A stretch of 64,000 nucleotides of DNA, taken from the NCBI GenBank assembly GCA_037308085.1, contig CP147779.1, positions 672,001-736,000 of the forward strand, given 5' to 3'. Positions 56,783-64,000 of this stretch are shown piece by piece. The DNA comes from Promethearchaeati archaeon SRVP18_Atabeyarchaeia-1. GTDB taxonomy: Archaea; Asgardarchaeota; Atabeyarchaeia; Atabeyarchaeales; Atabeyarchaeaceae. Positions within the stretch are counted from its first letter, which is position 1. The number at the start of each line of letters is the position of its first letter. A model generated the notes under the pieces. It did no database searches. It saw nothing but the letters and a program-made list of their open reading frames with translations, and was not told the origin of the DNA. Both the position numbers and the translations under genes were made by a program.

Positions 56783-57544
56783 TTGGTTGGCGATGGGATC
56801 TTCGGTGGTAGAGGATGGGAAGCAAAAGTGCCGAGAAGTGACTTTATCGGTGGTTCTTCGGCAAGGTTTACTGCAGTCACGGCTATTATGACCGCAAGCG
56901 TGATGGTGGCGACCATTGCTTTTCAGCTCTCCATACCTGCGACGGGAGGCTACTTCAATTTTGGCGAGTCCTTGGTCTATATCTCGGCCCTTCTCTTCGG
57001 ACCGCTGGTTGGCGGTTTCGCTGGTGGCATTGGCTCAATGCTAGCCGACGCGGCGACGGGGTACTTGGTCTTTGCTCCTGGAACCTTGGTGAGCAAGGGC
57101 GTAGAAGGGTTGGTCGCGGGATTTCTATCTGAGCGAGCAAGGTTGAGGAAGGCGAGAAAAGTCGGCAAGAAGATTTCCTTGGTAGTCGGCTCAGCCATAG
57201 GTCTTTCGCTCGCAGCATTAGGTATCACGGGCGTTGCCATCCAGCCCACGTGGCCGCCAGTGGCGATTACGCTGGAGCCCCTCATATGGGTTCTTGTGTC
57301 GATTCTTGCCGGAGTACTGGTCGGGTACGTGGTCTATCGCTCCGAAGTCAACGGAGTCATCATAACTCTCTCAATGCTGGCAGGCGGCGCATGCATGGTG
57401 ATCGGGTATTTCCTCTACGAGCTGTTCCTTGTGGGATACATATACGCGGCTGCCGAGATCCCGTTCAACATAATGCAGTCCTTGACGGGCATCGTCATCG
57501 CTTTTCCGGTCTCCAATAGAGTTAGGCGCGCGATCATGGTCTAG
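56783..57544 (+). CDS. ECF transporter S component
   Basis: IPATGGYFNFGES...LLFGP..GG..GGIGSMLAD...KGVEG; multi-TM; start uncertain. Confidence 0.88.
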   Translation: MVGDGIFGGRGWEAKVPRSDFIGGSSARFTAVTAIMTASVMVATIAFQLSIPATGGYFNFGESLVYISALLFGPLVGGFAGGIGSMLADAATGYLVFAPGTLVSKGVEGLVAGFLSERARLRKARKVGKKISLVVGSAIGLSLAALGITGVAIQPTWPPVAITLEPLIWVLVSILAGVLVGYVVYRSEVNGVIITLSMLAGGACMVIGYFLYELFLVGYIYAAAEIPFNIMQSLTGIVIAFPVSNRVRRAIMV

Positions 57545-57698
57545 AGGGTATGAGAACCGATCTATGCTTGGTGGCACCAAGTAAGTGTTCCTTCTTTCCG
57601 AGCGGCGGGGCTTCTCTGGGGATTCCTAGGGAGTTCTTATAACTAATACCGCTTTCTCCTACTTCACCTACGGGTCTGTATAAGTTGTCAGCTGGTGG

Positions 57699-58457
57699 AT
57701 GCACTTACATTACGTAGTCATGATGGGAACGGCTGGGTCTGGGAAATCAACACTTACATCGACTTTGGAATCCTTCATGAAGAACTACAACTTGGATGTT
57801 ATTACGGTGAATCTTGACCCAGCCGCCAGAAGGCTGCCTTATGCGCCAGAGGTCGACATTCGGGATTTCGTGGACATCAATGAGATCATGAATCAACTCG
57901 GCTTGGGGCCGAATGGGGCGCTTATAGCAGCTGTCGACATGGTTGCTGGTCAGGTTGACCAGATCAAGGAGGCTGCCGAGGGCTCAAAGGCCGATTATGC
58001 TATTGTTGATACGCCGGGTCAAATTGAGTTGTTCGCCTATCGTTCGACCGGTCCGTTGATCATATCCGCGCTGGAAGGCGCAACAACTACTAGCCTGCAT
58101 CTACTCGACCCGAATCTGGCAAGAAGCGCTGTGGGTTTTGTTTCTCTCGCTCTGCTGGGTCTTTCCTTGCAGTATAGGTTTACAGCGACTCAATTCACGG
58201 TCCTTGCAAAGTCAGATTTGCTCTCAGAGCAGGAGATTGACCGAATCGTAAACTGGTCGGTGAATCCGGTAGACCTTTGCGACGACGTTGATGCCACTGG
58301 GAAAGGGGTCACGCGGGAATTGAGCAAGATGATCTGCGAGATGTTCGAGCAGTTGGAATCTAAGACTGAAGTCATCCCAGTCTCAGCACAGCGCAATGAG
58401 GGAATGGACACTCTTTACGCGGAGCTTGAGCGCGTCTGGACAACAGAAGTAACCTGA
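57699..58457 (+). CDS. GPN-loop GTPase
   Basis: GTAGSGKS, NLDPA, LGPNG, DTPGQIE. Confidence 0.92.
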   Translation: MHLHYVVMMGTAGSGKSTLTSTLESFMKNYNLDVITVNLDPAARRLPYAPEVDIRDFVDINEIMNQLGLGPNGALIAAVDMVAGQVDQIKEAAEGSKADYAIVDTPGQIELFAYRSTGPLIISALEGATTTSLHLLDPNLARSAVGFVSLALLGLSLQYRFTATQFTVLAKSDLLSEQEIDRIVNWSVNPVDLCDDVDATGKGVTRELSKMICEMFEQLESKTEVIPVSAQRNEGMDTLYAELERVWTTEVT

Positions 58458-58647
58458 GCACGCTCGTACTCCCCCTGAAAACAATTATACTGATTTTCCG
58501 GCATCAGAGCATGGAGCCAGCTTCTTCTCGACCTAGTCATTCTGAAGCGGATGCTCGGCAATTCACTTTTACCTTAGTCCCCCCCAATACTTACACGCGT
58601 TTCCCCCTAAGAAGTAGGCGTGAATGTGGTGTCTCGTAGTGATTGGT

Positions 58648-58854
58648 ATGTGTGAAATCGAGGGTATCTGCCTAGACTGTGCCGACGCGTCAAGTTGCCC
58701 AATGCTTGCTGCTCACAGGAAATTCCCTGGCACGTTGAAATCTGTTATGTGTATCGGATACAGGCATGCGACCCCAGTTGGAGCAGTCAAGGATTCCCCC
58801 AGCATCTTATCTTCTGCCGAGGTTCTTGGAACATCATCCCAGTTCCAGCAGTGA
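58648..58854 (+). CDS. Small Cys-rich hypothetical protein
   Basis: MCEIEGICLDCADASSCPM...VMCIGY; occupies an otherwise empty intergenic gap. Confidence 0.4.
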   Translation: MCEIEGICLDCADASSCPMLAAHRKFPGTLKSVMCIGYRHATPVGAVKDSPSILSSAEVLGTSSQFQQ

Positions 58855-59150
58855 TCGTCTTTGTGCGGACGATTCCACCGGTCTGTTCATTATCTTAGCC
58901 TCGCCGCAGGAGACATAGATCGGAGAGTCCTTCTTGGATCACCTTTTCCGATAGGATCTGCTGGGTGTTGCTAGGACGGCGGGCCGACGAAAGGGATTTT
59001 CTAGAGTCAATCTCGCTTGACCGCCGATTGATACCTGCCCTGATTTAGATCTGGCTTCCTTTTTTCCGAAAATCCTTATAAATGAAGGGCTTCAACCTTA
59101 AGCAAGGGTTTCACCTGACAGCTTGGTCACCTTTCGCTTGGTGATTCTTC

Positions 59151-59876
59151 ATGCCTGCTAACAGTGTTGAAAAGATCATTCATAATGCTTTGTCAGACGG
59201 AAGAACTTTTTTGCTCGAGCCCGAGTCGAAGGAAGTCGTGGGCGCCTATGGTATGCCTGTAACAAAGTTCAAGGTCGCGAAGTCAGTTGAGGAGGCAGTG
59301 AAATTCTCTAGCGAAATCGGGTATCCGGTTGTGATGAAGATTGTTTCTCCCGACGTCCTTCATAAGAGTGATGCGGGTGCGGTGAAGGTCAATCTTAAGA
59401 ATGGGAATGAGGTCAGGGCGGCTTTTGCCGAGATCTCTGAGAACGTCAAGAGATTCAAGAGCAATGCGAAGGTTGTTGGATATATCGTAGAGCAGCTTGC
59501 TCCTCCGGGCAACGAAGTGATTGTGGGAATGGCCAAGGATCCCCAGTTTGGCCCTGCGCTGATGTTTGGCTTGGGCGGGATCTTTGTTGAGGTCTTGAAA
59601 GATGTATCGTTTCGAATAGCTCCTCTGACAGAGTACGATGCGCGGGAAATGATACAAGAGATCAAGGGGTACCCAGTGTTAACCGGTATCAGGGGGCAGA
59701 AGCCTGCAGACGTCAACTCGCTTGTTGACATAATTCTCAAGGTATCGAAACTAGTTACAGAGCATGCTGAGATAGAGCAACTCGATCTTAATCCAATCTT
59801 CGTCTATGAAAAAGGCGCAAGAATTGTTGATGCGAGAATAATACTATCTACAGACGGGGAGAAAAGCTCGGCTTAG
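59151..59876 (+). CDS. acdB: Acetate--CoA ligase (ADP-forming) beta subunit (ATP-grasp)
   Basis: GYPVVMKIVSPDVLHKSD, DPQFGPALMFGLGGIFVE, LDLNP, VDARI. Confidence 0.9.
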   Translation: MPANSVEKIIHNALSDGRTFLLEPESKEVVGAYGMPVTKFKVAKSVEEAVKFSSEIGYPVVMKIVSPDVLHKSDAGAVKVNLKNGNEVRAAFAEISENVKRFKSNAKVVGYIVEQLAPPGNEVIVGMAKDPQFGPALMFGLGGIFVEVLKDVSFRIAPLTEYDAREMIQEIKGYPVLTGIRGQKPADVNSLVDIILKVSKLVTEHAEIEQLDLNPIFVYEKGARIVDARIILSTDGEKSSA

Positions 59877-59884
59877 ATCGATGA

Positions 59885-60130
59885 GTGGAGGGTTGCCCGA
59901 TTAGCAGTTTCAGATTGGCTGGGACTATAGGCAAAGACGTTTACACAACAAAGGGAAAGTACGTTGGTCGCGTTACAGACATCTCGGTTGATATTGACGC
60001 GAAATCTGTCTCGGCGTTGGAAATGAAGATTGCACGGGGAAAAGGCGCGTCGGGGACCGAAATAGTTCTTGTTCCATATGACTTGGTTGTCGCTGTTGAT
60101 GATATCGTCTTGATTGGGATGAAAAGATGA
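59885..60130 (+). CDS. PRC-barrel domain protein
   Basis: IGKDVYTTKGKYVGRVTDI...VPYDLVVAVDDIVLI. Confidence 0.85.
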   Translation: MEGCPISSFRLAGTIGKDVYTTKGKYVGRVTDISVDIDAKSVSALEMKIARGKGASGTEIVLVPYDLVVAVDDIVLIGMKR

Positions 60131-60192
60131 GTTCTCCTATTATGAGTTGATTCATAGTCTATTCTAACTGATCGCCTATCGGGGTCAAGGAA

Positions 60193-61095
60193 TTGTCAGA
60201 GACCACACACGAGAACATCGGTCAAGAGTTAGCCAATTTGCGCAGGCAGCTAAGCGAACTTAGGAATCAGGTCGAAAAACACTACAACGAGGCGCTTGAC
60301 TGGAAGGCCAAGAGGGATGAGTTCAATAAGTCGATGGGTCAGCTAGTTGCCAAGCTGAAAGAAGAGCGGGAGTTGCGCAGACTTGCCAATGAGAAAGTGG
60401 CGGAGCTCAAGGGCTTTACGCTGGGGTTCAATAAAGAACTTGAGGAGAGAGAGGCACTAATAGATGAGCTTGAGGCAAAGAAGAAGGAGTCACTCGTTTC
60501 CGTCAAGGACGATCCGGAGTATGTGAGGGAGAGAATAAGGCGACTCGAGTGGTATTTGCAGACGAATGTCCTACCGTTGGACAGGGAGAACGTGGTTGTA
60601 AAGGAGATCACCTCACTTGAGAAAAAGCTGCAGGGTGCCAAGGTGGTCGATGTGATAGAGACTCAACTCTCGCAGGTTGTCGGTCAGGCGCGAAGCATTG
60701 GCAACAAGGCTAATGAATATAGAAATCAGATGCTTGAGCACGTTAGGAATTCTCAAAGCCACCATGCGGCGATCATTGAACTGGGGAAGAAAGCCACAGA
60801 TATGAAGAAGGAGGCCGATTCTGCTCATCAGAGATACATTGAGCTGTTTGGTCTTGCAAGTCAGTCATTGTCGGACTCGAGGAAGATCCAAGACAGAATA
60901 GGGGAGCTGAGTGACAAGATGAGGCTTGAGCAAGAAGGCAAGAAGACTTACAGGACTGATGATCGGCGGGAGAAAATAGAGAAAGTGGCGGCGCAAGCAT
61001 TCGAAAAAGTCAAGAAAGGTGACAGAATAACGATGGATGAACTGTCAGTTCTCGTCGAGAAGGGCTACTTCAACGAGAGCGAGAGACCGCCCTAG
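60193..61095 (+). CDS. Archaeal coiled-coil protein (COG1340-like)
   Basis: Heptad-rich; LEWYLQTNVL..DRE; C-terminal KKGDRITMDEL. Confidence 0.8.
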   Translation: MSETTHENIGQELANLRRQLSELRNQVEKHYNEALDWKAKRDEFNKSMGQLVAKLKEERELRRLANEKVAELKGFTLGFNKELEEREALIDELEAKKKESLVSVKDDPEYVRERIRRLEWYLQTNVLPLDRENVVVKEITSLEKKLQGAKVVDVIETQLSQVVGQARSIGNKANEYRNQMLEHVRNSQSHHAAIIELGKKATDMKKEADSAHQRYIELFGLASQSLSDSRKIQDRIGELSDKMRLEQEGKKTYRTDDRREKIEKVAAQAFEKVKKGDRITMDELSVLVEKGYFNESERPP

Positions 61096-61108
61096 AGATA
61101 ATGGGATT

Positions 61109-61561
61109 CTATGTTTCCGCTTCTGGTTTCGTGAGATCTAGCATTATAACGATGTCAGCAGTATTTTCTAGTGCCTCGTTTGATTTGGTCGGCGTACGTA
61201 GCAAGATGGTTTCCTTGCCGAATTCCTTGGCTTTTGTTAGGGCTGGCAAGATATTCGGGTCCGTCGTTAGGAGGACCACTGCGCTTAGTTTTGGATTGAA
61301 AGCCATGTCCGCTGCTTCGACGGCGACATAAACGTCGATTTCGCCTGGAACGACTATCGGACTGTAGCCTTGTTGCGTAATCTGTTTCACGGTTTCTTCA
61401 CGGGAGTTTTGCTGGTTGATTACTACCTTGGCTACCTTTGTGACTCCAAGGTCTTCAATAAGATCCTTAACTTTGCTTACCAGATTGTATTGCTCCCTAG
61501 GATCGATGCTCGATCCATCGATGAGCACTCCTATTCTCTTCCCTTTTCTTCTAAGTCTCAA
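61109..61561 (-). CDS. NYN-domain protein (TIGR00288-like, divergent)
   Basis: IGVLIDG, QGYSPI, DVYVAVEA, LLTTD...KAKEFGKET. Confidence 0.75.
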   Translation of the reverse strand: MRLRRKGKRIGVLIDGSSIDPREQYNLVSKVKDLIEDLGVTKVAKVVINQQNSREETVKQITQQGYSPIVVPGEIDVYVAVEAADMAFNPKLSAVVLLTTDPNILPALTKAKEFGKETILLRTPTKSNEALENTADIVIMLDLTKPEAET

Positions 61562-61623
61562 GATTCTAGCGAGCTTGCCAATTCTACTAATATTGCCTCT
61601 ACCTCTTCCACCTTTCTATTCGT

Positions 61624-62388
61624 CTAACGACCGAAACGTCTTTCCCTTTGCTGATAAGATCTTATCGCCCTCAGCAGATCTATCTTCCTAAACGCGGGCC
61701 AGAACACGTCACAGAAATAAAGCTCGGAGTAGGCCGCTTGCCATAGTAAGAATCCCGATAGCCTCTCCTCTCCTGAGGTGCGGATTATTAGGTCTGGGTC
61801 TGGCATGCCTGCCGTGTAAAGATGCCTATCCACGACTTCTTCGTTTATCTGCATAGGAGCCAGTTCCCCACCAGAGATCTCTGTCGCAATATCCCTAAAA
61901 GCGTCAACTAGTTCCGTTCTTCCCCCATAACTTATGGCGATATTCAGGAAGTGTTCATCGTATTTCTCCGTCGCTTTCTCCAGTTTTCGAAGCGTGTCTC
62001 GTATGCTTTTCGGAAGCAGGGAAAGGCGCCCAATGGCTTTCACTCTTACCTTATACTTGTGAATGAGGGGATCTTCGATTATTTCCATGTATCTTTCCTT
62101 GATTATTGAAAAGATCTCTTTTACCTCGCGAGGCGGTCTCGTGAAGTTCTCTGTCGAGAAGGCATACATTGTCACGATCTTTATTCCTGCGGCAAAACAC
62201 CAAAGCAAGAAGTCCTTCACTTTGTCAGCTCCAAGGCGATGGCCCATCCAAGGCACGAGACCTTGGCTTCGGGCGAACCTCCTGTTTCCATCTAGAATGA
62301 TTCCCACGTGCTTGGGCCCATTGCTGGAGCTAACCTGCCTCCAGAGGAACCATTCGTAGAATCTATAGAGCGGTTCTAAAACTCTCAA
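61624..62388 (-). CDS. uppS: cis-prenyltransferase (polyprenyl diphosphate synthase)
   Basis: HVGIILDGNRR, YAFSTEN, PDLIIRTSGEERLSGFLLWQ, RRFG. Confidence 0.95.
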   Translation of the reverse strand: MRVLEPLYRFYEWFLWRQVSSSNGPKHVGIILDGNRRFARSQGLVPWMGHRLGADKVKDFLLWCFAAGIKIVTMYAFSTENFTRPPREVKEIFSIIKERYMEIIEDPLIHKYKVRVKAIGRLSLLPKSIRDTLRKLEKATEKYDEHFLNIAISYGGRTELVDAFRDIATEISGGELAPMQINEEVVDRHLYTAGMPDPDLIIRTSGEERLSGFLLWQAAYSELYFCDVFWPAFRKIDLLRAIRSYQQRERRFGR

Positions 62389-62604
62389 TTCGACTTCTTC
62401 CTTTAGTCATTTTTCACGAGCCCCACAAAGCAGGCGCGCAATAAGGCCTTCCGGGTCAAACTACTTTGTTCATCGAGCTCTTTAGCATTTCTCAATGGGG
62501 AAAGCAGTCAAGCCACTATACTCTCGCTAAAACAATCGGAACCTTAAGAATTACGCTTAACCCTAGGCACGCTCAAAAACCTCAGACTGAGATCCCCACT
62601 TTCA

Positions 62605-62985
62605 TCAGATCAGTTCAGCAACCCGGTCGGCCGCCCTCTTCATATCGAGAAATACGAGCCCGAGCTTGACATCCTTTCTAGCAGAAACCGTTAGTACCGC
62701 ATTAGCCCCTGCCCCCATGGCTATTATATAGCCTTCCTTCCCCTTCACAAAGATTTGCTCTATTTCTCCCTTTCCTAGTTCGGTCGAAGCACGTTCCCCT
62801 AGAGACAACATGGCCGCCGTCATGGCTGCAATCTTCGTCTCATCAACATCTGCTGGAAGAGCCGAAGCTATCGGGAGTCCTTCTATGCTCACTATTATTG
62901 CCGCCTCGATCTCAGAAACCGAGGCTTCAAGATCCTTGAGAACCTGTTCGAGCGTTCCAGCCTTTGCGCCAGAAGCTGATTCCAA
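62605..62985 (-). CDS. Roadblock/LC7 (MglB-like) protein
   Basis: IVSIEGLPIASALP...IAAMTAAMLSLGER...KLGLVFLDMKR. Confidence 0.92.
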   Translation of the reverse strand: MESASGAKAGTLEQVLKDLEASVSEIEAAIIVSIEGLPIASALPADVDETKIAAMTAAMLSLGERASTELGKGEIEQIFVKGKEGYIIAMGAGANAVLTVSARKDVKLGLVFLDMKRAADRVAELI

Positions 62986-63076
62986 GTTGCTAGTCTACCC
63001 CCGCCGTGTTTCTAAAGGTGCTCGAAGCTACTACATGAACAAGCAGATGCATTTGTGGTATGACCTATAGCTCGTT

Positions 63077-63655
63077 CTAGACTGTTGGTAGCGATCCCTT
63101 ATAAAGTCTCTTAAGAAGTACCTCCCGCGCGATTGCTTGAAAGGCTCTGCGAACGCCAACTCCCTTCGTGGCTATCGTCTCAAATATCGGCACGTCCTTC
63201 AATCCCAAAGATTCGATTAGGACCTTTCTTTCTGCCGCACCAGGCTCGTCTCTCTTGTTGAGCATGATGACCAATGGGATGCTGTTGTTCAAGTTGTCAC
63301 CAAGCATCTGCTTCAGCTCACTGAAGCTTTCCGTGTTCTCGTTTAGCATTGAGGTTAGTGAATCTGCAACAAATATGATTCCATCGGTTCCCTGGATCAC
63401 AATTCTTCTCTGATGTCGGTGTCTCCTTTGACCCGCCACAGTGAAGACATCGAATATGACCTTGCCACTTGCGGAGAGTGGAGTGTAGTCAAAGTAGAGG
63501 GTTCTCCCAGTAGGGTCCTCCACGGAGGTGAATCCTCCCTTGGCGAGCCCCTCAATATTGTCATAGATCCATCTCAGAGCGGTGGTTTTCCCTGAAAGCG
63601 TTGGGCCCCAGAAAACTATTTTGAAGTGCATTCTTCCTTCAGAGTCTTTGTTCAC
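63077..63655 (-). CDS. MglA-like small GTPase
   Basis: G1 GPTLSGKT, RTLYFDY, G3 TVAGQ (lacking the Asp, as in MglA), G4 NKRD. Confidence 0.9.
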   Translation of the reverse strand: MNKDSEGRMHFKIVFWGPTLSGKTTALRWIYDNIEGLAKGGFTSVEDPTGRTLYFDYTPLSASGKVIFDVFTVAGQRRHRHQRRIVIQGTDGIIFVADSLTSMLNENTESFSELKQMLGDNLNNSIPLVIMLNKRDEPGAAERKVLIESLGLKDVPIFETIATKGVGVRRAFQAIAREVLLKRLYKGSLPTV

Positions 63656-63681
63656 GGGAGATCAACCTTCTCCATAGAAGC

Positions 63682-64000
63682 TTATGGAACTTTTTCGAGT
63701 TCACTGAGAGCCGCTTTGAGCTCCTCTTCTTCGGATTTCCTTGCTGTGGGAGCCGCTGTCCGCGATTCTAGGAATTCGTCAAGAACTTTCTGGAGTTCAT
63801 CCGTAGATTTCTTCAATACCAGCCTAATCATTCCTATGTTTATTTCGCCATCCGTAATGACGCACAAGACGCCCTTCCCGCAACTGGCAGCAAAGATCTT
63901 ACCGCTGTCAAATTCGGAAGTGACTATTCTTAGATCTCCAATTTCTAGGCTCTTCCCCTGTTCCTCACTTGCACAAAAGACGGCACTAGCTATGGCTCCG
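63682..64000 (-). CDS. Second roadblock/LC7 protein (5' end outside the window)
   Basis: Frame is open to the window edge: GAIASAVFCASEEQGKSLEIGDLRIVTSEFDSGKIFAASCGKGVLCVITDGEINIGMIRL... Confidence 0.8.
   Translation of the reverse strand, partial: GAIASAVFCASEEQGKSLEIGDLRIVTSEFDSGKIFAASCGKGVLCVITDGEINIGMIRLVLKKSTDELQKVLDEFLESRTAAPTARKSEEEELKAALSELEKVP

Overview
Archaeal chromosomal segment made mostly of housekeeping genes. It is probably from an Asgard archaeon: it carries a roadblock / MglA-like GTPase / roadblock module, a Urm1-type modifier, an EMC6-like membrane protein, Elf1, eS17 and eS30. Replication and repair genes are cdc6, nucS, RPA, dnaG, hel308 and GINS23-MCM. Translation and tRNA-maturation genes are rqc2, archease, ncs6, trm11, rnz, thpR and cca. 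Metabolic genes include a fumarase + thiol:fumarate reductase operon, pgk, pyrC, purB, pncB, acdB and uppS. The RNA genes are intron-rich: six tRNAs carry 12 bulge-helix-bulge (BHB) introns, 10 of them at non-canonical sites. The main finding is an apparent 30-nt BHB intron in the Alu domain of the SRP RNA gene (26148-26497). Removing it restores canonical helix 3 and the 6-bp helix3/helix4 loop-loop pairing. The second finding is a mirror-image synonymous-site skew on either side of the intein insertion sites in both hel308 and mcm: A/C-ending codons upstream, G/T-ending codons downstream. Also noted are a box C/D sRNA, a candidate structured RNA upstream of rps17e, a C33 tRNA-Pro, a His-rich repeat protein, an unannotated small membrane protein and a TnpB-like remnant. 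All calls were made by eye; no searches were run.
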